The notes below the pieces were generated by a model that saw nothing but the letters and a program-made list of their open reading frames with translations, made no database searches and was not told where the DNA came from. From the NCBI RefSeq assembly GCF_010672525.1, contig NZ_JAAHGH010000039.1, forward strand, positions 41-64,040: 64,000 nt of DNA, written 5' to 3'. Below are positions 32,470-41,326 of this stretch, piece after piece (position 1 is the stretch's first letter; each line of letters starts with the position of its first letter). The position numbers were made by a program, and so were the translations under genes. This stretch comes from Okeania sp. SIO2B3. Lineage in GTDB: Bacteria; Cyanobacteriota; Cyanobacteriia; Cyanobacteriales; Microcoleaceae.

Positions 32470-33369
32470 ATGCTTACTCTAGCAGATATTTGCGAAGTGT
32501 ATGACAAACATCAGGATGACTACAATACCCAAGTTGAAGAATTCACTATTGGGAATAAAAAGTTTAACTTTAATTCTCAAACAGCGCTTTTAGGAATTAT
32601 TAATCTTTCCACTGATTCTTGGCATAATCACGCTATCTGTTACACCCCCGAACAAGCTATTGAGCGTGGCAAGGTTTTAACAGCTCAAGGTGCCGACATT
32701 ATAGATATTGGTGCGGAATCTAGTGTACCAAAGACACAAAGAGTTGATGAGTTTAAACAAAAAAGTTCACTTTTGCCTGTAATTGAAGCTCTTACTCAAG
32801 AAGGTGTATTGACTTCAGTTGAAACCTATTACCCTGAACTTGCAAGAATTTGTTTAAAAGCTGGTGCAAAGGTTGTTAACTTTACTGGAACTGAAAATAG
32901 TGAAGAAATGTATCGAGCTGTAGCTGATTTCGATGCAGCAATCATTATTTGTTACCTTCAAGAAAAAAACGTTAGAGATGTAAAGGACTTCGATTATACA
33001 TTAGCTAATGACCCAATAGATTTAGTCTATGATTATTTTGGCAAAGAGATAGAAAAAGCAACTAAACTAGGAGTCAAAAAAATTTTTGTAGATCCAGCAG
33101 TCGCTCTTCTTGGCCCTAGAAAAGAAGGTTTATATGCGTCAACTCAGATTAAATATCAAATCAGAAGCCTTTTAAATGCTTTTCGGCTAAGAAAATTAGG
33201 GTTTCCAGTTTTACATACGCTCTTCACTGCCAAAGAAATTTTTGGAGAAGAACTCAGAAGTGGTCAAGTTTTTACCTCAGTTTTTGCAGCATTAGGAAAA
33301 AATGATATGCTCAGAACTCACGAAGTTTCTAAAGTTAAAGCTGTTTTAGAGTGTATGAGTTTATTTTGA
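32470..33369 (+). CDS. Pterin-binding (dihydropteroate synthase-fold) protein, divergent
   Basis: 299 aa. It is collinear with the DHPS motifs, but they are altered: GIINLSTDSWHNHA, DIGAESSVPK, SVETYY, VVNFTG, VDPAVALLG and LRTHEV. Confidence 0.6.
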   Translation: MLTLADICEVYDKHQDDYNTQVEEFTIGNKKFNFNSQTALLGIINLSTDSWHNHAICYTPEQAIERGKVLTAQGADIIDIGAESSVPKTQRVDEFKQKSSLLPVIEALTQEGVLTSVETYYPELARICLKAGAKVVNFTGTENSEEMYRAVADFDAAIIICYLQEKNVRDVKDFDYTLANDPIDLVYDYFGKEIEKATKLGVKKIFVDPAVALLGPRKEGLYASTQIKYQIRSLLNAFRLRKLGFPVLHTLFTAKEIFGEELRSGQVFTSVFAALGKNDMLRTHEVSKVKAVLECMSLF

Positions 33370-33873
33370 CATCCTCCCCGGGGTTGACGCTTTGCTTCGC
33401 ATAGCTGTCGCTAACACAGGGTGCTGCTTCCTTGGCGGTAGTCTGATGCTTCCCTCCACGTCCGTTTAGAGTTTCCGTTAGCGTAGCTCCTCCGGAGGAG
33501 GCGTGCCCCCCGGCAACTAATAACAGTTTAGCATATATCCAATTCACTTGCATGCTCAAATAAAAAGTCGCCCTACAAGGGCGAGGCTTTAAACCCAATT
33601 TTTCGGTAAAAGTTTGGATGTTAAGATTTAGCTCACTCCATAGGAAGAATCCAAATTTTTGACGTTGGTGAATTGTAATGCTTTTGCCTCAAATATCTAT
33701 AGTTTTGCGGTTCATAAGTATTGAAGAGCATTACCTGATCGGCAACCCCAAATTTTTTAATCTCCCTCACTAAGAATAGGTTAGGAATGTCCGTCCGTTT
33801 TACAGCACAGAGGATGTCAAAATTTATCTCAGATAAAATTTGTACAACTTAATTTTTACCGAATAATTAATAC

Positions 33874-33962
33874 AGGACTTACGCAAAGACACTATTTATA
33901 GAGTAAATTAACTGTTGGACAATAGTTTTGAGTGTTATATATAGCATATCTGCGTAAGTCCT
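33874..33962. repeat. Hairpin element with 12-bp terminal inverted repeat AGGACTTACGCA / TGCGTAAGTCCT
   Basis: Read directly. A related element lies at 51377-51469, and solo ends occur near 9251 and 62911. Confidence 0.6.
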
Positions 33963-34160
33963 ATAATAATTAAATAATTCGCGCCTTGAAGCCTCCCTTT
34001 TTAAGGGAAAAAAAGCGGTCGATCTTCGTAGCTTCCCGAAGGGTGGGATGGATGGGTTTCCTAACCATATCCATGAGACTAAGATAAGAAATAATATTAC
34101 CTTATATTCAATTCCATAACGGTTTTAACCAGAGGTAATTATCAATTATTCATTAATGAA

Positions 34161-34907
34161 ATGGCTCCTAAATTTAGCTTAAGGACAATGATCAAAAAAT
34201 CACTTGTAACAAGTTCAGCAGTGGGAATAGGTAGAGCGATCACTCTCGACTTAGCAAGTAAAGTATTTGATGTAGCCTTTCATTATAACAAAAGCGTAGA
34301 AGCAGCCAACCAAGCAGCTCAAGAAGCAACTAATTATGGAGTAAAAGCGATCGTCAAACAAGCAGATATTACCAAACCCGAACAAGCTCAGTCTCTAGTC
34401 GAAAATGCAGCAGCACAATTGAGTGGTTTATCAGTAGTAGTTAATAATGTGGGTAACTACCTGAGAAAACCCATTAGCAAAACATCTATAAAAGAGTGGC
34501 AAGAAGTTATTAATTCTAACCTTAATGCCACTTTTTATATTACTAAAGCAGCACTTCCCTATCTCAAAGCAGCAAATGGCGCACGCATAGTTAATTTTGC
34601 TTGTGCCAGTGCCCAAAAAATGGCAGCACGCCAGACTAATACAGCTTATATAATTGCCAAAACTGGTATTATCATCTATACTAAATCATTAGCTGTGGAG
34701 CTAATAAAAGATAAAATTACTGTTAATGTAGTATCTCCTGGAGTCGCATAAAATTCTTGGGATATAGAAGAAATGATTCCTAAATAACCAGTTAAACGTC
34801 CAGCAAAGTTGACATAAATTAACCATGCTGTTTGGTTTTTTATTAACCCTAATTATAATTATATTACAGGGCAAGTTTTGGAAGTTTCTGGTGGTTGGAG
34901 TTTGTAG
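34161..34907 (+). pseudogene. Decayed paralog of the SDR gene at 31569-32291 (three in-frame TAA stops)
   Basis: It aligns codon by codon with the intact copy. GVAENSVG (gca gaa aat) becomes GVA*NSW (gca taa aat) at 34749. Two further TAA stops follow. The frame is retained to a shared C-terminus, YITGQVLEV(A/S)GG...L*. Confidence 0.8.
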
Positions 34908-34971
34908 TTATAATTTTTTTATCCAGATTTCTGAAAATTTATATTATTGATTATTTCAACATAAAATCACA

Positions 34972-35379
34972 ATGACATCAAATTCAGAAACTTGGATAAT
35001 AGGTAAAGAATTTAGATTTGAAGCTTCCCATCAACTACCTAATCATGATGGGAAATGTGCAAGATTACACGGTCATTCTTGGCGCGGCATTATTTATGTT
35101 TATGGTAATAAATTAGAAGATTCTGGATCAAAGCAGGGTATGATTATGGATTATGGAGATATAAAAAAATATCTAAAACCCCTACTTGATGATTATTTAG
35201 ACCATTATCACTTAAACGAAACTACAGGCTTAGTTAATCCTACTAGTGAAGCGATCGCTAAATGGATTTATGAGCAATTAGAAGATAAAATTCCTGGACT
35301 TGTAGCAGTTAGAATTGATGAAACTTGTACGAGTCAATGTATTTATTCAAAAGGAAAAAGTAATTTTTTGATTCTATAA
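34972..35379 (+). CDS. 6-pyruvoyl-tetrahydropterin synthase / 6-carboxytetrahydropterin synthase (PTPS/QueD family)
   Basis: 135 aa with EASHQLPNHDGKCARLHGHSW (the Cys plus HGH zinc and catalytic signature). Confidence 0.8.
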   Translation: MTSNSETWIIGKEFRFEASHQLPNHDGKCARLHGHSWRGIIYVYGNKLEDSGSKQGMIMDYGDIKKYLKPLLDDYLDHYHLNETTGLVNPTSEAIAKWIYEQLEDKIPGLVAVRIDETCTSQCIYSKGKSNFLIL

Positions 35380-35729
35380 AATTAGGAGCGCTATACTAAC
35401 TTATTACTCCTAAATTGGTTGTGATAAATTTGAGTGTATTTATTTTGTCAGCATTTCCTCCGGAATGCTGACAGCTGAATGCTTACTTTATTTTTTTCAG
35501 AAAAAATATTTTTTTGATGTTATGGAAGTTGCTATTTTATTAGGATTAATTTGGGGTAAATGATATTAGGTAAAGGCACTAAATTATTTGTAGTAGGCAA
35601 AAAATATAACCTTAGAAATATATAGTTTTTAGAACTAAAAATGCTTCAGTTATGTAAATTTAAATTAATTTGTCACAGGTACTTATGATTGGTAAGATTG
35701 CCAAATTATTACTATAAATAAATAACAAA

Positions 35730-37067
35730 ATGAAATTACTTAGTATATTCATTTTACTTAGTATCACTACTACCGTGTTGGCCTTGATAATCTTAAGTTT
35801 TCCCTGGAGACATCCCTTGCTCACAAACCTACAGATGAAATCTTTATTAGGTGCATTTCGGATATTATGGGGAATTTATTTTCGAGGCAAGTACAGTTAT
35901 ACTCAAGTCACCTTGATTGAGTCAGAAAAATATGTTTTACCAACAACATTAAAAGAGTTTGCCGATACTGAAAAAAATATCATCAGACAACCTTCTCGTC
36001 CAGTGGGCATGGAATATTTCTTTGCTGGTTTTGTCTACCCATTCTTACCCCTTGACTTAAGCGGTTCTGAGACCCCTAGTTGGCAGCGAATAATGCAGGG
36101 GTTTAAGGCCATTATGTCCCACTTCGAGCTTGAGGACAGATGTGGAGCGATCGCTACAACGCAAGTGTATAAGTTAACGAATTTAGAAGAAGAGTTAGTT
36201 ATAGATAACATTTTGCGTTGCTTGATTGTAGATATAATGTGGTGTGCTATTTTGGATGTTGAAACAAAGGATGATAGCTGGGAGTTAAATACTAAGCAAC
36301 TTCTATACAACCTGATTGAAGATATTTCCCTTTGCTTTACAGAAAATCTAGACCCTGACTGGAAACAACGTTTGGAATGGTGTAAACATCTTGCCCACTT
36401 CTTTGAAGAGGGTGGGAAAAATAGTAGCAATTTGGATTTTTTGGTTCAGTTAAGAATTACTTATTCTTTATCAATGCAAGAATGGTTAACAGCTATTGTT
36501 ATGGAATTTTTTGTCACCCCTGCTTTAGAAATTAGTGAGGTTATTACTAATATTTTTAAAGAATATGAAGACCATCCAGAAATTCTAGAACGTGCTGTTA
36601 AGGATAAGAAATATCTGAGAGCTGTGATTTTGGCAATAGCTTGTAAGTATCCTGTTCTAGAAAATATGTTTCGCGTAGCTGATGGTAAGGATGTGCCCTA
36701 TCATATTAATGTTGAAGTTGCTGATCAAACTGACTTACAATTTAATCCAGAAGATTTCTGCTCAAATAGTCCTCCCCCCTACCAATGGATCGGTTTTGGT
36801 AGTGGCCCTCGTGTTTGTAAGGGGCGTGTTCTGGCTATAAATATTATTGAATCTATAATAAAAGCTATCTACACCAAGTTTGAGGGATGGCCTAAAATGG
36901 AAATTAGCAGTGGTAGGCGGGTACATCCTAGTGTTTCGTTAGATGAGCGATTTTTACGTCTTTATGGCAGGGCATGGGTTGGCCGTGTTTTTTATAGGAT
37001 AGATAAAGTCATCCGACCTTCTTGCCCTCCTGCTCGCTTATATTTACCAGATTCTCTTTTTTCCTGA
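35730..37067 (+). CDS. Cytochrome P450-like protein, divergent, with an N-terminal membrane anchor
   Basis: 445 aa. The heme-thiolate loop is FNPEDF...WIGFGSGPRVCKGRVLA (FxxGxRxCxG). The N-terminus is hydrophobic (LLSIFILLSITTTVLALIILSF). I could not find I-helix or ExxR motifs in canonical form. Confidence 0.55.
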   Translation: MKLLSIFILLSITTTVLALIILSFPWRHPLLTNLQMKSLLGAFRILWGIYFRGKYSYTQVTLIESEKYVLPTTLKEFADTEKNIIRQPSRPVGMEYFFAGFVYPFLPLDLSGSETPSWQRIMQGFKAIMSHFELEDRCGAIATTQVYKLTNLEEELVIDNILRCLIVDIMWCAILDVETKDDSWELNTKQLLYNLIEDISLCFTENLDPDWKQRLEWCKHLAHFFEEGGKNSSNLDFLVQLRITYSLSMQEWLTAIVMEFFVTPALEISEVITNIFKEYEDHPEILERAVKDKKYLRAVILAIACKYPVLENMFRVADGKDVPYHINVEVADQTDLQFNPEDFCSNSPPPYQWIGFGSGPRVCKGRVLAINIIESIIKAIYTKFEGWPKMEISSGRRVHPSVSLDERFLRLYGRAWVGRVFYRIDKVIRPSCPPARLYLPDSLFS

Positions 37068-37093
37068 TTAGGTTCAAGCTATAGCGCTGCGCG

Positions 37094-37252
37094 CAGGCAA
37101 CAGGCAACAGGCAACAGGCAACAGGCAACAGGCAACCCACCCCTCGCCCCTCCCCCTCCCAGCTATCCCTGATAAGGAACTCCTGAAACCCTTGTAGGAA
37201 GGTGGGGAAGAGGGGGAAGAGGGGGAAGAGGGGGAAGAGGGGGAAGAGGGGG
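37094..37252. repeat. STRR-type arrays: (CAGGCAA)6 at 37094-37135, a GGGAGGGG-family core, and (AAGAGGGGG)5 at 37208-37252
   Basis: Units counted directly. Confidence 0.9.
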
Positions 37253-37490
37253 AAGTAAGAATTTTGTCTACAGTCCTCACACTTGCGTGTATTTTTCAAT
37301 ACAATTTTCTCCCGAAAAAGCCGCTCTTAGACTTACACATAACTTGTCTTTTTTGTCTACGTTTTATGTTAAGAAAGATGTTTATAAAGCATAGCCCTCC
37401 CAGGAGGGGAAGAAAAAGCGGATAATATAAAACTTTTAGTTATTGGACAATTCCTGTAATTTGTAAATATGCCAGCGCACATTGCTATAC

Positions 37491-37734
37491 AACCCACATT
37501 CCGCACCACAAAATGTAGCATAAACATATAAGTCAAAAGTCAAAAGTAAGAAATAAAAGTAAAGTGGTCAATAGGAGTCAACGATTTAGTAAGTATTTAT
37601 GCTGAATATTTAACTGACAATTTGACTCTTGATAAAGGTAAATGAAGATAATTTATATAGTATCTGTACCTAAGCAAGCTACGGATTTTATACTAACTTT
37701 CATGTTACAAATTGAAGTGCGGAATATGGGATTA
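37491..37734 (-). mobile_element. MITE family C copy B, inverted relative to copy A
   Basis: AACCCACATTCCGCACCACAAAATGTAG ... ATGTTACAAATTGAAGTGCGGAATATGGGATT. Confidence 0.7.
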
Positions 37735-37839
37735 AAAATTTGACAAAATGGGTATTGTATGATTTTTGGAGATGGCGATCGCTATGCCAATCAGCAGTAT
37801 AAGATATACTAAAAGGTTAGAGGCTAGGGAATTAAAAAA

Positions 37840-38439
37840 ATGGTCAACCAAAAACAACCTATCTTAAATAACGATGAAGTTAAACAACTTTTTATTAAAG
37901 GCGTTAACATTTTTTTAGCAGGGTCAGCAATTGCATTAGTATTTGGATTTATGATTTGGTTTGTCCATGGAACTATTATGGTTTCTGACCTATCAGAGAA
38001 AATTGTTGCTAAAGGTTGGGGTGCTTTAATTGCACTAATGGCTGTATTTTTATCTTTTATTGTACCTTCAATTGTTACTCTTTTCGGATTTGCGGTAATG
38101 GCATTATTGGTGTGGTGGTTATCTCGGGTTTTTTCCCAATATGAAGAATTTCAACCTACTGCTTTAATTGTTTATCAATTAGTAGCACCTGTGGGAATGA
38201 TAGCTGCTTTAATATTAGCTTCACCAGTGTTGATTTCCTATGCAGTTATTCGTTTATTTAATGGTAGTGGACAAGCATTAATTTCGGAAGTGAAAGAAGC
38301 ATCAAGTATTCTCTTGCCACTTGAATCTGATAATAAATTTATGAGTGGAACTCCAGCAGTTGAAACTCAATATTTAACAAGGGAAAAATTGATGAGTGAA
38401 ACTCAAGTTAAAACTCAATATTTAGAAGGAGAAAAATAA
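37840..38439 (+). CDS. Hypothetical integral membrane protein
   Basis: 199-aa ORF with about four long hydrophobic segments. I recognise no family motif. Confidence 0.5.
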   Translation: MVNQKQPILNNDEVKQLFIKGVNIFLAGSAIALVFGFMIWFVHGTIMVSDLSEKIVAKGWGALIALMAVFLSFIVPSIVTLFGFAVMALLVWWLSRVFSQYEEFQPTALIVYQLVAPVGMIAALILASPVLISYAVIRLFNGSGQALISEVKEASSILLPLESDNKFMSGTPAVETQYLTREKLMSETQVKTQYLEGEK

Positions 38440-38444
38440 TTGTT

Positions 38445-39941
38445 TTATTTCGGACGTTTAATTCCACCTTTACGTTTAACTTCAAAACCATATCTATAAA
38501 TATCTGGCATATTAATTCGCCGATCTGAGTGACGAATTTCCACAATACCTAATTGTTCTAAGTATTTTAAAATTTCTTGGGGTTTTTTAGAAGGTGGTTC
38601 TTGATTCCATTCTGTCTTTTTTAGTAACTTGAGAAATTTTTCTTCTTCAGTTAGAAGTGTTAAACCTTTGAGTTCTTCTCTTAAAGCATCTAACCAGGGG
38701 TATTCTTCCTTTGTAAGTTCTTCTATTCGATCTTGAGAAGTATCCATTAAAGCTCCTTGTAAGTCAGAAGGTTCTAATAAGCAATTTTCTGCTAAATCTT
38801 TTTCGTCAAATTTTTCTAATCTACGTTTTGCTGCTAAGGAGAATAGCTTTAAAAAAGAGCGTGGAGCAATGCTACGTTTTGCATCTTGAAGGTGATTAGG
38901 AATCCAATTATAAGTGTAACCTTTTCTAGAATTATTGCCCATAAATACTCCGACAATTTTTTCCATTAATAATTTAAAACAAGACTCATCTGATGCTGGC
39001 AATATGCCTAGTGTTTCATCCTTTTTTGAAGTTAAACCAGGAACTATTTGTAAATAATCATTCATTTCTTTTCTAGAGTTAGCTAAACGCTTAACAAATA
39101 CTTGATATAACCATGAAGTTTTCCACTCTAAACTAATTTTATGTCCACTGAGTTTAGAAGCATCTGGAAATCCTAAAAAATTTTCTCCAAATAAATCTGT
39201 GCGTAGAAATATTTTGGGTCTAATTCGTTCCCAACGACGCCATCTATCTAGCCAAAATGCTAATAGTTCGGCGATAGGAGCGCCCAGTTTTATATAAGAA
39301 GGAACAATTCGATCTAGTTCATCATAAGTGATAAATAACCAGCGGTCGCTTGCCAACAATTCCTCATCTAATTTATCCAAAGCATAGTTGATACTTTCAA
39401 AGTTCTGGTGAGCATCTGGAAACCAGCGGGAAAGTAATGATAAATTTTTAGTTAAACTATCTCGAATTTCCTCTGGTATTTCCTCACCCCAACTATGATT
39501 TGATAATTCTTTTTCTTGCTGAAATATTACTCCTACTATTAATCCTATCCAAAAAATACGCCAATCAATTCTATCCTTGTCTTTCATGTATTTTTCTGTT
39601 ATTTCTGGTGCAGGAAATTTTTTTTCCCCAGTCTTAGTACGACCATATCCAGCAATCCATATTGTTCTTTCTAAAGGGGGTAAACCTCTAATATTTAAGT
39701 TTTTTACTAAAGCTTGACGACCAGGAGAGTTTGCTAGTAAACGAAAAAATTCTGTTTTACCAACACCTCTACCACCTAATATTAAAAATGTGTCAACTTC
39801 CAAAGCCATTCGGTAGTTAGGTAAGGGTAAAAAATTTTTGAGGAATATCTTTTCATCATTACTTTCATGTTCAGCTCTACCTTCTCCTGGTGCAACATTA
39901 GCCATAATTTCTAATAGCTTTTTTTTATCAAAGTTAGTCAT
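38445..39941 (-). CDS. P-loop NTPase (Sll1717-like family) with a basic C-terminal wHTH-like tail
   Basis: 498 aa. Walker A is FLILGGRGVGKTEFF and Walker B is RWLFITYDELDRI. The C-terminus reads LEQLGIVEIRHSDRRINMPDIYRYGFEVKRKGGIKRPK. It starts 14 nt after the upstream gene ends. Confidence 0.7.
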   Translation of the reverse strand: MTNFDKKKLLEIMANVAPGEGRAEHESNDEKIFLKNFLPLPNYRMALEVDTFLILGGRGVGKTEFFRLLANSPGRQALVKNLNIRGLPPLERTIWIAGYGRTKTGEKKFPAPEITEKYMKDKDRIDWRIFWIGLIVGVIFQQEKELSNHSWGEEIPEEIRDSLTKNLSLLSRWFPDAHQNFESINYALDKLDEELLASDRWLFITYDELDRIVPSYIKLGAPIAELLAFWLDRWRRWERIRPKIFLRTDLFGENFLGFPDASKLSGHKISLEWKTSWLYQVFVKRLANSRKEMNDYLQIVPGLTSKKDETLGILPASDESCFKLLMEKIVGVFMGNNSRKGYTYNWIPNHLQDAKRSIAPRSFLKLFSLAAKRRLEKFDEKDLAENCLLEPSDLQGALMDTSQDRIEELTKEEYPWLDALREELKGLTLLTEEEKFLKLLKKTEWNQEPPSKKPQEILKYLEQLGIVEIRHSDRRINMPDIYRYGFEVKRKGGIKRPK

Positions 39942-39955
39942 TTTCCTACCTGATT

Positions 39956-41326
39956 TTATTTCTTCAATTTACGCTGACAAATACTGCAAAGTCTTTCTGC
40001 AAGTTCTTGATAAGGTTTACCTGTTAAAACATTAATAATATTTGACAAACGACGCTCCTCATCCGGAGTAGAATCTCGCTCAAATAAACTTATTTCTTTA
40101 CGCAAATCACTTTGCCAATCTATAATTATTGGGTAAAAATTAGCTTCTAGATCGTTGGAGTTAGGAACATCTTCTTCCCTATAGTAATTTTTTTGAAAAA
40201 CAATGTAAGCTTGCTCTCGAAAATCTCTAAGTTCCTGCTCCATTCCTGGTACACCTAATCCCGGAGCTAGAGCATGGACAAGCAAAACTGGCAGCGGTTC
40301 AGGAGCTAAAGGTCTTGCTAGACGACGAATAACATGAGTTAAACCTTTCCAACTTTGACGAGATTGAGTGCCAAAAATGACTGCTGCATGGGATAAGTCA
40401 GCGATCGCCAGTCCACCAAGATCGTGAAACCCGGTTCTGGTATCTAGCAAAATAAAGTCTAACTTTCCCACTGCATTAAGTTCTTTGAACATATTTTGCC
40501 AGGTTTCTAGCAGTTGATTATTAGCGTTGAGCAAATTTTGAAAATCTAGTCTTGCCAACTTTTCCAGATAGTTATCGTCCACGCTACCAGCTCCCAGTAA
40601 ACTCAAACTCTCTCCGGTATCTCCCAACAATTTCGGCTCGTTGACTAATTTCAAATGAGTGCGGAGTTTCCAGTTTTTACTCTGGATATTTTTCTCTAAC
40701 AAATAATCGATCACCCCAGGAATGCTCTCCTCTGATGCAGAGGAGAAAACAGTCGATAGACCAGGAGATTCTAAATCTAAATCGACTATAGCTATACGAT
40801 GACCATGACGAGCCAATGTCAGAGCCGTTGCTACTAATGTTGTTGTGCGACCAACTCCACCCTTAAAGGAAAAAAATGAAACTATTGCTGGTTTGTGCCC
40901 TTCATCTACCACTTTCTGCGACCAAGGAGGCTGACCTACATTTTTATTTGTCCATGCTTGCTTCGCTACATGACGCTCTAACACATACCAATGAGGTTTA
41001 TTTCCATCATCCCATTCTGCCAAAACCCTTTCTTGACAGATGACATCAATCAAGGCTTTATAACCATCTTTTTCGCCCTGTGGTAGCCAAATATCTTCGC
41101 CATAGTAGTTGCCAAGTGTTTTCCTCAGCGAGTTTTCTAGGTCATTTAGGATATCATCTTCTAGCTTACTGTTATTTAAAGGTTCCAGAAAAATCCTAAT
41201 TTTCCCCACAACATCCCGAATTATAGTTATGGATTCTAGATTTTGTGTTAGTTTGTCTTTTATGGGAGATTCCGCAAAACATTCCCGCACTTTTTCAAAT
41301 GTTGCACTGAAAGTTATATCAATCAT
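39956..41326 (-). CDS. ParA/MinD-like (SIMIBI) NTPase with a variant Walker A (KGGVGR) and an unassigned ~150-aa N-terminal domain
   Basis: 456 aa. It shows IVSFFSFKGGVGRTTTLVATALTLARHGHRIAIVDLDLESPGL and ILLDTRTGFHD. Its ATG (41326-41324) directly follows the TAG stop of the HEPN gene. Confidence 0.75.
   Translation of the reverse strand: MIDITFSATFEKVRECFAESPIKDKLTQNLESITIIRDVVGKIRIFLEPLNNSKLEDDILNDLENSLRKTLGNYYGEDIWLPQGEKDGYKALIDVICQERVLAEWDDGNKPHWYVLERHVAKQAWTNKNVGQPPWSQKVVDEGHKPAIVSFFSFKGGVGRTTTLVATALTLARHGHRIAIVDLDLESPGLSTVFSSASEESIPGVIDYLLEKNIQSKNWKLRTHLKLVNEPKLLGDTGESLSLLGAGSVDDNYLEKLARLDFQNLLNANNQLLETWQNMFKELNAVGKLDFILLDTRTGFHDLGGLAIADLSHAAVIFGTQSRQSWKGLTHVIRRLARPLAPEPLPVLLVHALAPGLGVPGMEQELRDFREQAYIVFQKNYYREEDVPNSNDLEANFYPIIIDWQSDLRKEISLFERDSTPDEERRLSNIINVLTGKPYQELAERLCSICQRKLKK

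Noticed and set aside
33660-33800. Short minus-strand reading frame VREIKKFGVADQVMLFNTYEPQNYRYLRQKHYNSPTSKIWILPME*
   Set aside because: It looks like the tail of some gene, but it is too short (about 45 aa), has no upstream continuation and has no recognisable family. It is not reportable as a feature.
37009-37299. ORFs 37009-37299 and 37074-37280, encoding FPLFPLFPL... or SPSSPSSPSS... peptides
   Set aside because: They are translations of the (CAGGCAA)n and (AAGAGGGGG)n STRR arrays and a GGGAGGGG core, not genes.
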